Of a stretch of DNA of 64,000 nucleotides, positions 22,035 through 34,296 are shown piece by piece. How positions within the stretch are numbered: the first letter of the stretch is position 1; each line of letters opens with the position of its first letter. Position numbers and translations under genes: made by a program. Location: the NCBI GenBank assembly GCA_000091205.1, contig AP006498.2. One strand, written 5' to 3'. This DNA is from Cyanidioschyzon merolae. Taxonomy: Eukaryota. The notes under the pieces are model-generated. The model made no database searches. It saw only the letters and a program-made list of their open reading frames with translations, and was not told where the DNA came from.

Positions 22035-22618
22035 GGAACCTGACCTCGCAGACCCAACGAGCGAACGAACGATAGGGACCCAGGGAAGCGACGCGCGCGC
22101 AACGCAGCTGCAGCACTTGCCTTTGCCGAGAACTATGGAGGTGGCATCGCTCGGCAAGAGGCATCTGTTCGAATCGCTTTGTTGTTGCACAGATCAGAGC
22201 ATGGATGCGCGAGACTCACCAGGTATGGCAATGGCTTTACAGGCGACAATGAATACCACGATGCAATCATCCACGCATGCGTGCATCTATCAAGCGTGCA
22301 CAGGCAGGACACGTGTAGCACACGTGTCCCCGAGTCAAGCGCCGCTGCGGCGGCATCGACGGCACCACCGCCGCACGGCAGCCCTGATGCACTGGCAAGC
22401 GCGTGCAGTGCCCGGCTATCCCACAGGTTTGGACGACTTGCTAGCCACAGGCATGACATGGGAAGTTTGATCCGTAGTATACCCACTGCGCCTTCTCTGT
22501 GCATACTGCCTGGATGCGTCCGTGCAGGAACCGCTGGTAACCGTACTGGTAGTCCCGATGACCTCGCACTGGCCTCAACAACGCTGCAGGTGAATCGGAG
22601 GGACCGGTGCAGCTCTTT

Positions 22619-25453
22619 TCACACGGATGCAGGGCGCTGGTCATCGTCTTCGCTCGAGTAAAACGATTCCGGTGTGCGCATCGTGTCACTCATCGCACCA
22701 ACTGGATCCGAGTCCGCTGCAGCCGCTGTTCCGATAGGGGTCTCTGCGCGCAGGCCGTCGAGCCGTGTCATAAACGCCGACCGCACCGTCGGATACGCAG
22801 CAGACAGACGATTGGAAGGCGGCACAGACTGGTGCACCACTGCAGGGCGCTCGGGTGCTGCCTGTGCCCGCTCGGCGTCGTCCTTTGTGAGGTCGCCGCC
22901 TACTTGCTGCGGAACGGCCGTCGAGACGCCACATAACATCGTTGGCATGCCGTCGCGTGCCTGCCCGTCGTCGTTACCATGTGGAGGCGTTGCGACTACC
23001 GAGCGCTCGACCTTGTTGTCGGCGGGAAGGCGCTTTTCCGACGCATCCAGTAGTGCTGTGCCGGGTGCGTACGACGCGTATGGCAGCGCTGGATCCAACG
23101 CTTCCGCTGTACCCGATATGGACGCAGCGCGATCATCACGAATCGATGCAGCGATGTTTGCATTGGACTCTGCTCGAGCGGCTCTTGTCGTATGCCCGTT
23201 GCTGGCTTCTGACTCGGGCTGCACCAGACCCGATGCGGGTGACGGGCTTGCCGGCCCCGGGCAGACCGTCGGGCAAGGCGTTGCTCCTTGTGCCCTGCTT
23301 TGTGACTGGTGCTCATGCGCTTTCCCAATGCGCGGACTCGTTGCGACGGATTGTTGGTGCTGTCGCTCCAGTTGCTGTCGCAGAATATACTGGATAATAA
23401 AATAGGCCACATCTCGCGACCGCCAGTAATTCAAATGCGCCGACAAGCCCCACAGATCTTCCATAAAATTTGGTCGCATCACATAATCGATCCGAAACTG
23501 GCAGACCAACTTGCGAACAGTTTCGAGCTGGGGGAACCATCCATGAGGCTGCGGCGATCGTGTCCAGTGCAGGGGCTGCGTAGTCGCGGGGTCTCCCGTC
23601 GACGACTCTTCGGGGAGCTCGCGTTGCACCGGCGAAGTGCCATTTCTTGGTTTGAACGCTGCGCTGCCCAGTTGCTTGCCTGCTGTTGACGCCGCAACCG
23701 GTGCGCAGGACAAGGTCCCTGAATCGTGGTCGCTGACAAAGTCGCCGCTGCCGCTACCGTCTGCACTACCATCCTTGGCGTTAGCGGTGCGCGCCCTGCC
23801 AGAGCGACCAGTGGACTGGAACGACAACCACGAGCTCGCACCACCAGCCATCGCAGGGATCTCCACCGGTGGAATATCGGCAAAGAACGGGTCCAGAATC
23901 GGTTCAATTCGACAGGCGGCCGGGTCGCTGGGATTGATAATGTTCACCAGTCGGAACGGCCAGTATCCTATAGTGGATCGAAGATGATCATCGACATTGA
24001 GCACGTGCCCGAGCGGCGATCCGGTTAGAAACAGGTTGTGCACGGGAAAACGTAGGCGCAGGCCTTCACGTTCCAACATAATAGGGTCACTGAGCACTTG
24101 CTGAACCAGCAGCTCGTACGAAATGACGCTTCCAAGCGAGTGACCTAGAATAGAAATATCGCCGCGAAATTCCGGATACTTCTGGCGGAACCGCTCGTAC
24201 TCTTCGTTGAGTTGCGCGACCACTTCGCACTGAATAAAGCGTTTGATTCGAGGCGTCAAGTAAAACAGTATATCCATCAACTTGTTGTTGACGAGTGTGC
24301 GCCAGCGCGACGGTGTTTGGTCGCCCAGTGGATTGAGCTGCAGCATCCGTTGGTATACATCGAGCTTTCGCAGCGCTGCACGCCAATGGCAGTATATTGT
24401 CTTAATCCCAAAGTGCGTTAGCGCATCGGGAAGCGTGTTCTGCATAACCTCATCGAGCGCATCATGAAAGTTTTTCAGGTTCTCGCGCAGCCGCTGTTCA
24501 TCAGATCCAATGCCGTGAACGATACAGATCAAATGTTGCGGTGGGGTCACTTCCGCCAACATGCCGCGAATACTACGGCGATGGGTCACCGCATCGTTCG
24601 TTTGTTGGCCCTTCTGGATATTTGTTTTGGCGACAACCGAGGCCGCCTCGGCCATGGAGGGAATCGCATGTGCGGGTGGTGCAACCGAGCGTGCGCGGAA
24701 GAATGCCTCCTTCCAGCAGATCAGATCCTCCTCGGAGTCTGCCGCGAAATAGTGCACAACGCCCTTGGCATCTTTCACTTCCAAAATATAGGGACGTCGT
24801 GGATCGCTATAACTTGGCGTTCGAATATAGTCCCAGTAGAAGAGAGAGATGGTGTGAATGAGCCGGCCACGCCGTCCCGTTCGTGGGTCGTGTTCGAAGA
24901 ATCGCAGCAGCGAACCGTCCAGGGACAACCAACATCGCTGCCAACGCATGCGCCAGCGATAATAGAGATAGCCGGCCATGTCCGGCTTTACGAGTTTGTG
25001 CAGCATCTCCGGGGACAGCAGCACAGCGGACGCGTCGATGGTGATCTGTCCAACACTCCGTCGCTTGAGGTTCGGGCTAGAGGAGGCAGCGGTCTGCGTT
25101 GCAGGTACACCAGCGTGAACCAGTTTCCGAGGAGGGCTATCAGCTGGCGAGCGCTGCTGCACCGCAGGTTCCCCTGTGGCACCTTGAGCGTTTGAGGAGC
25201 GCGCTCGTTCCGCTGCTCGCGCTGCTGGTTCAGGAGCCACCAGCGCCGAGCTCCATCCCGTTGCAGTTGAAGTGCCTACTTGCTCACCAGGTAACTCGTT
25301 CACGTGACGCTCTGCATGATTTGTGTTTTTCTGTGATGCCGAACGATACCACCAGCGGGCGAGCGCGGAAAGCGACGACTCGGACGTAATACGAGCCCAT
25401 TTGTCGGGAGCTGCCCCACTGTCGTCGTTTTCACTCTCCATGTTTTTTAGCAT
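22619..25453 (-). CDS. PH-domain protein with a GxSxG lipase/alpha-beta hydrolase region (PA-PLA1/DDHD-like phospholipase candidate)
   Basis: 944 aa. The PH-like segment is 'MAGYLYYRWRMRWQRCWLSLDGSLLRFFE'. The nucleophile elbow is 'ILGHSLGSVISYELL', and 'ICIVHGIGSDEQRL' lies upstream, a lipase-class arrangement. The termini are low complexity. Confidence 0.55.
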   Translation of the reverse strand: MLKNMESENDDSGAAPDKWARITSESSLSALARWWYRSASQKNTNHAERHVNELPGEQVGTSTATGWSSALVAPEPAARAAERARSSNAQGATGEPAVQQRSPADSPPRKLVHAGVPATQTAASSSPNLKRRSVGQITIDASAVLLSPEMLHKLVKPDMAGYLYYRWRMRWQRCWLSLDGSLLRFFEHDPRTGRRGRLIHTISLFYWDYIRTPSYSDPRRPYILEVKDAKGVVHYFAADSEEDLICWKEAFFRARSVAPPAHAIPSMAEAASVVAKTNIQKGQQTNDAVTHRRSIRGMLAEVTPPQHLICIVHGIGSDEQRLRENLKNFHDALDEVMQNTLPDALTHFGIKTIYCHWRAALRKLDVYQRMLQLNPLGDQTPSRWRTLVNNKLMDILFYLTPRIKRFIQCEVVAQLNEEYERFRQKYPEFRGDISILGHSLGSVISYELLVQQVLSDPIMLEREGLRLRFPVHNLFLTGSPLGHVLNVDDHLRSTIGYWPFRLVNIINPSDPAACRIEPILDPFFADIPPVEIPAMAGGASSWLSFQSTGRSGRARTANAKDGSADGSGSGDFVSDHDSGTLSCAPVAASTAGKQLGSAAFKPRNGTSPVQRELPEESSTGDPATTQPLHWTRSPQPHGWFPQLETVRKLVCQFRIDYVMRPNFMEDLWGLSAHLNYWRSRDVAYFIIQYILRQQLERQHQQSVATSPRIGKAHEHQSQSRAQGATPCPTVCPGPASPSPASGLVQPESEASNGHTTRAARAESNANIAASIRDDRAASISGTAEALDPALPYASYAPGTALLDASEKRLPADNKVERSVVATPPHGNDDGQARDGMPTMLCGVSTAVPQQVGGDLTKDDAERAQAAPERPAVVHQSVPPSNRLSAAYPTVRSAFMTRLDGLRAETPIGTAAAADSDPVGAMSDTMRTPESFYSSEDDDQRPASV

Positions 25454-25662
25454 GACGCGCAGAACAACGCGGACTTGGAAGCGAAGTCGCTGATGCCCAC
25501 TGCACTACCCGTACGAGTCCAGGGGTCTAAGCTGTGACTGTCCGGCGTCCAGCACGAGCAGCGAAAATCGCGAAAGCGTTTTGGCTTGACGCTGGGCGCT
25601 GTGTCCAGTGTGACTGGATCCGCCAACGTTGACGACGCGTGCGCCGCACGTGGCATTCCTGG

Positions 25663-26130
25663 AGCGGGCGTATGCGAACCCTGAACCTACGGAAGCGAGT
25701 TGCTCTCAGAGCGGGCGTGTGCGAACCCTGAACCTACGGAGGCGAGTTGCTCTCAGAGCGGGCGTGTGCGAACCCTGAACCTACGGAGGCGAGTTGCTCT
25801 CAGAGCGGGCGTATGCGAACCCTGAACCTACGGAAGCGAGTTGCTCTCAGAGCGGGCGTATGCGAACCCTGAACCTACGGAGGCGAGTTGCTCTCAGAGC
25901 GGGCGTGTGCGAACCCTGAACCTACGGAGGCGAGTTGCTCTCAGAGCGGGCGTGTGCGAACCCTGAACCTACGGAGGCGAGTTGCTCTCAGAGCGGGCGT
26001 ATGCGAACCCTGAACCTACGGAAGCGAGTTGCTCTCAGAGCGGGCGTATGCGAACCCTGAACCTACGGAGGCGAGTTGCTCTCAGAGCGGGCGTATGCGA
26101 ACCCTGAACTTACGGAAGCGAGTTGCTCCC
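25663..26130. repeat. 47-bp minisatellite, ~10 tandem copies
   Basis: The unit 'gagcgggcgt(a/g)tgcgaaccctgaacctacgga(a/g)gcgagttgctctca' repeats head-to-tail with a/g variants at two positions. It lies ~200 bp upstream of the 25453 start of the lipase-like gene. Confidence 0.9.
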
Positions 26131-28261
26131 GGAACGAGCTTCGGATTCTGGAAAAGCGTTCGCAGTCTATGGAAGCGATGAAATCCTGTAGATGCGTTGA
26201 GATTGTATGGAGGCTCCCGCACCTGTAGTGGCGTTTGCTCAGTATTCAAGCTTCCGCTGAAGATGCGCTTGACCATTTACCGAAGCATCGATGCTCTTCG
26301 GTACGTGACTGCTCGAATCCGAATTGATTTCCGCTACACAGACAAATTTGAAGGTGTCGGGTTTCGCTCCTTCTCCTAATCGTATTTTCGACGGTATTCC
26401 CGGTACCGAGCCTGACGGTTCACAGACTCGATCCTGTGGCGATCTGGAGGCCCCGAAAGCGTCTAGCAGAATAGTAGTTGCGCGGAGCACTTGGTGGCCT
26501 ATGATTATCGATCTAGTCTGCAGCAAGTATGTGTTTTTAAATGCTCGGCGTTTTTTTGGCGTCTGCGACCCCAAAACGTTCTCTTGTATTTAATGAAGAA
26601 CAAGCTCGACGGCCGAGTCTGCGCACACGGATACGGAACACGTGCTGAACGTCGATGCACTGGCAACGCGCGAAGCACGCTGCACTTTCAGAACAGCAGC
26701 GTGTGCGGCTCGCTCGATTTCATGCATCCGCAGCAAGTCACCAGCAAAGCGACGAGCTGCGCGACTCTCGTATTCTCGCTAACAGGTCGCTGGCGACTTG
26801 CTCAGGTTTCCATACAGCCGAGGCACCATGGGTATATGCTCCAAACGACCCCGCTCGCTGCTTGTTGAAGTTCACGCGAAACGTTTGGGCCGTAAATGTG
26901 CGGACCCGCCCCAAGGATCTGGAGAAACGTTCCACGCGATGCGTCGCTGCTTGCTCGCAAGACTCAAACCCGTTTTCAATCGATGCTCTGTGCGAAGAAC
27001 AGAGCGCCATCCCGGTTCGGCGGCTGGGCCTCAGATCGAGCACGGGTGTACTACCTCTTATGGGGCGGGCATCTTTATCCTATTCGTCTTTTTATGATAG
27101 GCTCGGACACGTGTCCGCGACACGCATATCGGGCTCGCCTGCCCTGAGCGCCCCCCGGACACGTAGCGCTCAGATGCGTGCGTGTCTGAGTACCTAGACA
27201 TGAATGTACAATTAGGACGATGCAGGGTGAATTCTCCACAACGCCTCTTTACCTCTCGTGTGATCCCAGGAGCGAAGCGCATGCATCCCAGCAATATGCA
27301 TCCTGCATATAGCGCAAAGACAATGAAATGATGTCCAGTTCAGTTGCTTCGGGATACTAATCGGAGCGAACGGACCTGGACTTGTGGTTGTGCAGGTTGT
27401 CGTCTTCTAGACCGCACGTGGTTCTGGGCCCGAGTCCAATCGGCATTCCAGGAGGACGCTAGCAGCTGGCATGCCATGAGCATGAGCGAGCGACGGAAGC
27501 GGGTAATGGACGAGTCGATCGCCGGCTACAGGCCCAGCAAACCAGCGCTCGGTTTCGCAGCTCGTTCTTTCACGATATCCTCTTAGCGGTGGCTGCAAAG
27601 CGCGTTGGATAAGTACAGTCCAGGCACTGGAGCGAGCTTTAACGGAACTGCGAACAATATCCATTCCAGACGCTATTCAGCTTGCGTACGTACAGCGTTG
27701 CCATAGGAAGCAACCAGGCCCCTTGAAAAGAAAGGGTTGTTCTGGGCTCCCGTCCCGCTGATGAAGCGTACCTCCATCTATCAAACGCTCATCTCCAGAA
27801 CGTCGCAAGTTCGGCGACAAGACAATCAAGTGTGGGATCAGACGGGCCTCAGCGGCTGGCGTCATGTTGGCGTCGGAGTAGTTCTCAAAGGGCGTGTGTG
27901 TGTGTGTGCCGCCGCCCCAGCTTTTTCTTATGGCTCGCACTCGTTGCGTCCCCGAACCAGGTTCCCCGGAAGCGGGGGTACGGCAGGTACGTCAGGACGA
28001 TGAACAGAGCTCGTCCGCAGTCGATTCCATATACGCACTGCTTCTGCACCAGACAGGAACTCGTTGCTGACAACTGGCCTCAGCCGCACGAAGCGAGCCG
28101 TGCTGAGCGATGATTCGGGGGCGTCCAGAGATCCAGCGCAGTCGAGTCGTTCTGGGGCCCGAGGTGCACTGAACTCAATACCCGCTGTTACTCGCTCGCA
28201 TTCCTATTCATCAAAGTTCGAATCGGCCGACATATGCGTGCCATTGGGTCACTGAACGTCC

Positions 28262-30406
28262 ATGTCAACCGAAGAGAGCCGTGTAAAGCGCCTTGAACTT
28301 GTGCTCAACGGCGTCGAAGACGAGCGAGAACGCGAGCGAGCGCACGCAGTTCGGACTTTGCAGTCGCTGCTCCCGTTACAACCACTGGAAGTTTTGCTGA
28401 TTGTCAAAAGAATCGACGCAGCTTTACGAGCAGAGCGGCCACCTCACTGGAAGTACACAACGGGGGCTTTAACGGTCGCTGCTGCACTCTTGTCAGCCGA
28501 ACGTGGAGAGGCGCTGGAGCAGCTCACGACCACAGCCCGGGTCAGTAGAAGAAACGTTGCACCGGGGGTTGCTGAGAGACATTGTTTCCAGGAAACCCCG
28601 CAAAGGATGGCACTGGTTCAATCCGTTGACCACGAAACACTCGAAGCACTCCTTGAGCTCTTAACCGCAACCTTACCCGTGTTTCTGGGGCGGTCGGAGG
28701 CAGCGCTTCGGGTAGCTGCCGTCGAAGCCTTGCGCCAAGTTGTCTCGCACCGGAGTCTTGCGGCCTGGACTTACCTTGTCCCTACACTTTTATGTCTACT
28801 GGAAGAACAACTGGTGCGCTCGCGCTCCTCTGAGTCTATCACACTAACACAGGACAAAGCGAAGGCCACGATTTCCGAGACTTTTGCAGTTTCCGACAAA
28901 CCAGTAACCACAGCGCAGGAGACTTTCGCACTAGAAAGCACACTAGATGCGATTGCAGCGGGTTTGAGTGCCCTCGCACCGCTCGATCTGGTTCCCAGTC
29001 TCGTACTTGCGCATCATGCCTTCTTGGAAAGCAACGTTCTATCCCGCTGTTTACAACATCGCAACCGTTTTGTTCGTGAATCGCTTCTGCATCTTGTATG
29101 CGAGTTGATAAGACGTTGTCAGGATTTGCTGGATCGTTGCGAAGGCCAAGTTCAGGATAATCGACAGCTCGTCCGAGCGACTGCGCTGGCATGTGCGCCG
29201 CTGATCGCCCGGGGCCTCGACGACAACTGGAGCCAGGTTCGCTTCGCGGGCATGCTCGCTGCGCACCGTCTCTACCTGGTGTTCGAACAGCTTCCACTAC
29301 AGCTTCGTTTCAGCGTTGATCGCCTCCTGTTACCTCGCTTGTGTCTGAATCGACACTACTTGGCTGAAGGCGTTCGAGAGTATGCCCGTAAGACCTGGCT
29401 TGCGTTGTTTGGTGCGCATGGACGAGAGCTGGTGGCCACCAACTTGGCGGATGTCATTCCGTATGTATTGAAAGAGTCGCAGGCTGAGAACCATGCCGTG
29501 CGAGAGGCCGCTTGCCATTTGATGGCGGAGATCGCGGATCGCCTGGATCCTTGTCTAGTGAAGCCGTACGTCGATGCGCTGCTTACGGCGCTTATCGACT
29601 GCTTTCACGACGAGAGCTGGCCCGTTCGGGATTGTGCGAGCAGTGCTTGTGCAGCGCTCGCCATGGTGTTTGATCTCCACGAGCAGCCTCCAGAACGTGT
29701 TGATGAACTCTTTACCCTATGGTTCAGACATTGCGCGGATAACATCCCTTCGGTACGCCAGCACGCTGCGGAGGCGCTGGCGAAAGTGAGCGCTCGACTG
29801 CAGGGCGCCTACCTGGAACGCGTCTTCGAGTACCTGGGTTCGGCGCTCGCTCGAGCAACGGAGCAGCCTCCAGACCTTGTCGCTGGCGAGAGTGCCTCCA
29901 CGGAAGTGACGGAAACCACATTTCAATCGATGAAACAAGTTCGCGACAATGATGTGCGTCTGCATAGCAATCAAACCATGTATAGCTGCGGCTCCTTGGC
30001 CCCGAAAATGCGCGCTCGCCATCAGCGAGTGGGCTGTATGGATTGCGCGTACCTGCGTGAACCAGAACCCTGGGAGTATACTGATGGAGCGCTTTATGTA
30101 TGGCGGCATCTCTCAGAGCTAGGATATGGCGAGCGTTGCGCTTCGAGTCCGTATCTGGAGCTTATTGTGGAGCGCCTGATCCAGCTGCCCATGTTTCATC
30201 GCTTGCCCACACTCTGGGCTACGTTATGGACCCAGTTTGCGCTGGCTTTGCCTTTTTTGCCACCGCAACGAATCGCAGAGATGCTGCCCAGGATCCGTGC
30301 AGCCATGGGGCGTGTTGCAGACTGCGGACAAGCGCATGTCCTCAGAGCACTCGAAGAGATGCGGCAGGCACTGAAGCCATGGGAAACGACCGACGATTCC
30401 AAGTGA
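28262..30406 (+). CDS. hypothetical alpha-helical (HEAT/ARM-like) repeat protein
   Basis: 714-aa uninterrupted ORF with regularly spaced Leu/Ala-rich helical segments. No specific motif recognised. Confidence 0.4.
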   Translation: MSTEESRVKRLELVLNGVEDERERERAHAVRTLQSLLPLQPLEVLLIVKRIDAALRAERPPHWKYTTGALTVAAALLSAERGEALEQLTTTARVSRRNVAPGVAERHCFQETPQRMALVQSVDHETLEALLELLTATLPVFLGRSEAALRVAAVEALRQVVSHRSLAAWTYLVPTLLCLLEEQLVRSRSSESITLTQDKAKATISETFAVSDKPVTTAQETFALESTLDAIAAGLSALAPLDLVPSLVLAHHAFLESNVLSRCLQHRNRFVRESLLHLVCELIRRCQDLLDRCEGQVQDNRQLVRATALACAPLIARGLDDNWSQVRFAGMLAAHRLYLVFEQLPLQLRFSVDRLLLPRLCLNRHYLAEGVREYARKTWLALFGAHGRELVATNLADVIPYVLKESQAENHAVREAACHLMAEIADRLDPCLVKPYVDALLTALIDCFHDESWPVRDCASSACAALAMVFDLHEQPPERVDELFTLWFRHCADNIPSVRQHAAEALAKVSARLQGAYLERVFEYLGSALARATEQPPDLVAGESASTEVTETTFQSMKQVRDNDVRLHSNQTMYSCGSLAPKMRARHQRVGCMDCAYLREPEPWEYTDGALYVWRHLSELGYGERCASSPYLELIVERLIQLPMFHRLPTLWATLWTQFALALPFLPPQRIAEMLPRIRAAMGRVADCGQAHVLRALEEMRQALKPWETTDDSK

Positions 30407-32346
30407 AGCTCGCGCACCCATGTGATATCAGCATGCTCAAGTTCGCAAAGCAGGTACACTGGAGCGATGGAGAGACCCGTTGCTGCGACAGGGGCTCAAT
30501 GCTCCTGTCTGCGTTAACGCACCACTTGATTCGTACCGGCTGCGTGCCAGCGACGCTGCAGCCGTGGCGGCGCCCACTGCTGCCTTAGTATGGCGGTTTG
30601 GCCCGGCGCAGTGCATCCGAGCGAGCCGGCCTGCAGCCAGGCACCTTGTCGGGTTCATGGCGCATACGCCACCGTGAAACCCGATACACCAATACGGGCA
30701 AACTGGGCTAAAGCAGCCGAGGTGTTCGTGCGCAGCCACAAGCTTCACTTGCCCTGCTGCATGTGCGAACGGTTCGCGTTATCATCCCTATTTCCCGCTG
30801 AAAGTCCTGTTCATGCGCACGTGGTATACCTGCTCTGCATCGGAGCTTGAGTTGCTCACCGATAGGTAGGGGCGCGCTAGACCTCGTGTTTTTGCGGGCC
30901 TGCCCCACAGCCAGTCAACGTGGCGGACCCACATGGCCAGCGCCAACGCACTCGGGGCAGAACAGTTCTTATGCAAGTTTCACAGCAGACCCTGAGGAGG
31001 CCGCCGCTTCGTCTTCCTGACGATCTTGAGCAAAGATAACACGCTGCTTGTCTGTCTGCCTTTCTGCCTGTCTGTGTCCGTTGAACAAGCATTCGGCAAT
31101 ACAACGCGCTGGCGTCAACGCCGTGCCGCTGCTCATGGCTTCTCATGTTGAAACCGAATATCGTTCACTCTATCATGTTGAAACATGGATCCTGGTCGTA
31201 AACTTGGATGTTTCCATGGACATGGTCCAAGCATAAGACGCACCATTCACTGATCCAGATACATGTATGCATGGTTGGAACGGGGCGGTACCTCCGCATG
31301 CACTGCAGCTGTGTTGCGTGCACAGGACGTCGGCAAGCGCACACACGTGAGGATGCAGAAGCAGCGCTCAGTCACCTGCAATTCAAACGGTACAGGTGCA
31401 CTTGACATCGGCGAGTCGAGCAAGCGCCACCTCCCGTGAATGAAGACAATCAGAGCTCTGACGCTGCGAGCATCGTGGTAAGCGTCTCTTCCAGAAGAGA
31501 GGTCGTTCCTTCGAAAACCCGCCGAGAAACACGCCGCCCTGAGCGTACCGTGTAGATCTGGCCTAATGAAGACACCGACATCGACAATGCTGACATGTAT
31601 CTGGATCAGCGACTTGGACCCGGTGGTCGGTGCCGCTGCCCCCTGACCGAGGCTCTCGCTGTGATGGACAGTTTGCCGCTAATGGACCCAGTTTATGCTT
31701 GAAGCTCTATCCGGCGTGCACCATCTCGACACAGATTGCCTCGTTGTTAACGCCGGAAAGCGTCAGGTCGATCCCATGCACCACCGGCTGCTAGACGCGA
31801 TCAATTGCCTGGGCGGCACGATCGACAACACGCATACGATGGATCGTTACACGATAAAGTCACGTTCTGTCCATAAAAATAGATAATTGTATTGCCTCAG
31901 ATGACGCTGACGTTCCCATAGCACGCAGCGCACCACAAGTACTGCATACACGCATACGATGGATCGTTACACGATGAAGACACGTCCTATCCATAAAAGT
32001 ATAGCTTTGTACTACCCCTCATGCCACCCTCGTTGCCACGGCACGCGCAGCATCACCGAAGGCACCCCAGGGCATCGCGGCTTTGGCCCGCCTCCAGTCA
32101 AGCGCGCGCGCCAATTCGGCAGCGATTCGAAACCGACGCGACGACGCCCGGGCGCTGAGGTGCAATCGTTTTTTCTCGAACGTGAGAAGGCCGTTGCAAG
32201 TAACCGCTTCTGTGGGGTGCGCTCGTTCCTCGAACCACATAACGCCTAGACTTGGAATACTTTCAGAAGACAATTTATTCCTAGGAACTGTCTTGCATAT
32301 AACATCGTGCTTGTGGAGAGGTTGCGGCGCTACATGGGCGTTTTGT

Positions 32347-33153
32347 ATGGAGCAGCAGAGCCAAAGACCAAGCGACGCCAGCGCCTGGGAGCGAGGAACG
32401 CCACAACCTGAAACGAGCCCGCGTGCCGATCTGGCGTCATTGAGGCACGCAGAGGGATATGCAGAAGATCCCTTGTTGTCTACGGAGTTCATCGGTGAGA
32501 TCGACGTGGACCAGTTGGTTGCCGAACTGGAGAGCCAGGCGCCACAGCTTCTATCTCAAGGGGGAGGCTTTTTCGCGGAAAGCTCGTTTGGTGAAAGCAC
32601 CCGAGGCGCGCCTGAGGCGAGAGAAGTTCCCGGCATACAGCGCGGTACAGTCGCGCCCGCTTATGTGGAAAGGAGCGTTTCTGGTGGCGTCGGTAACGCT
32701 GCTGCCTCAACCGGCGCCAGGCGTTACAGCAGTGGCTCCGCAGCAAGCGCCAGCACCAGAGCTGTTGGCCTTGAGACGGCCGAGGTCAGCTCGTTTGAGG
32801 TGAGCTCGCTCGGCAAGCGACCTAGTGCGCTGGGCAGCCCATTCTTGCATCGGAGTCGCAGCCTCACGGCAAGTATGGCTGCAGCTGCTGCCGCCGCCGC
32901 CGCTGGAGTCGGCTCAAGCGCTGAGTTTCGCCAACAGTTCGAGGAGCGGCTACGCAAGCTTGAGCAAGACTACATGGAACTATGTCGATATGTGAATGAG
33001 ATCCAGGCCAACGTGGCCATAGAAAGACATGTGGAACTCCATCGTTTACAGCGAGATAATGCCGAGCTCGCGGCGCTGAACCGCCGCCTGGCCGAGGAAC
33101 TCGCTCGTATGCAGAAGCGCCTCCAGGAGGGTCACGGCGGAGCCCAGTCGTGA
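32347..33153 (+). CDS. hypothetical protein with a poly-Ala tract and a C-terminal coiled coil
   Basis: The track ORF begins at 32083, and the first plausible Met is at 32347 ('MEQQSQRP'). The C-terminus 'FEERLRKLEQDYMELCRYVNEIQANVAIERHVELHRLQRDNAELAALNRRLAEELARMQKRLQE' is a heptad coiled coil. 'MAAAAAAAAAG' is a poly-Ala tract. Confidence 0.3.
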   Translation: MEQQSQRPSDASAWERGTPQPETSPRADLASLRHAEGYAEDPLLSTEFIGEIDVDQLVAELESQAPQLLSQGGGFFAESSFGESTRGAPEAREVPGIQRGTVAPAYVERSVSGGVGNAAASTGARRYSSGSAASASTRAVGLETAEVSSFEVSSLGKRPSALGSPFLHRSRSLTASMAAAAAAAAAGVGSSAEFRQQFEERLRKLEQDYMELCRYVNEIQANVAIERHVELHRLQRDNAELAALNRRLAEELARMQKRLQEGHGGAQS

Positions 33154-34296
33154 ACGCGAGCCCCTATTTATACGAACAGGCTGGGATTCCATTGCCGCGG
33201 TTGCCGTCATTGCCATACGTGCACGTGTTTGGGCATGGTAATGCGCTGGAAGGCAAACATGCATTTAAAGAGTGTTTGACAAAACATCACTGCAAAGAAA
33301 GTACTGCCAAAGGCGATTCAGCCAGAGACTCCATGCGCATTGCAGCGTTCGTGTCTTGAGCGGTATGGAGTGCGCTGCCCGCTTTCCAAGACGAACACGC
33401 CTCCGAGTGCGCCGGTGGCTTTCCGCAACTTCAAGCGACACTGTGCTGCCAGAGACGTTGCGCCCAAGATATTAAAAAACAAGGAGCGCAAACGATGTCG
33501 AACGCGCCAACGACCAAGTGCAGTAATCCAGCGTTGAGGCGCTACCCTCTCGAAAAACGGCGACTCGTTGGGAAGCCACCAGCAAAACAACCCTTCTTTG
33601 CGCTCATCCCCGAGGCAATACCTTCTTGCCACGTGACCCGAACGTCGTGCACAGGTCTCAGGTTGCGCTATGCGCCGCTGCAGCTCCTCTACACGGGTAG
33701 CAGCCGTCGTGCACCAGTGTCGCAACCCAGTCCCCTGGGCGACGTTTTCCGCTCTGTCTCACCGCCGTGTCAGCCGCGTGTCAGCTTCGGTGCGCACAGC
33801 TGCTGACCATCACACCCATACATATGCGACTCGAAAGCACTAGGTTGCTTCTATCCCGGGCCCATGAAGCATAACCGCTCTGGCATGCACACCCAGTGCA
33901 CACTGCCGCTCCAGTAGATGCGGCAATTGCATCGATGATGAGCTTGGACTGCTGCTGCAAGGGCGCGCACGACCTCGACGACGACGACGACGACGACAAC
34001 AACCACGCCCGTCGTGGCGTTCGGCTTAGGGCTTTGGGAGCTACCTGTCGTGAGCACGCTACATGCCTAAAGCTTGCAAGGTTTACCGACACTTTTCAGG
34101 TCCTTGATTCGGTGCAACCATGTTCATCTCGTATAGTGTCAGCAGCTTGTGGCGAGTGAGCGATTATGACACGAGCTTCGTGTCATCAACGGGTCCACGC
34201 GCCCCAAATAACGAACGGCAACGGCGGGTAAGCACACGTCCATTTGCGCAGAACTTGCGTCTGGCAGAGGAACCAGTCTGGGATCGCAGACAACTT

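Noticed and set aside
25663-26130. Regular 47-bp repeats, as a possible CRISPR array
   Set aside because: The units are head-to-tail with no intervening unique spacers. The locus is eukaryotic and no cas genes are present. It is a minisatellite.
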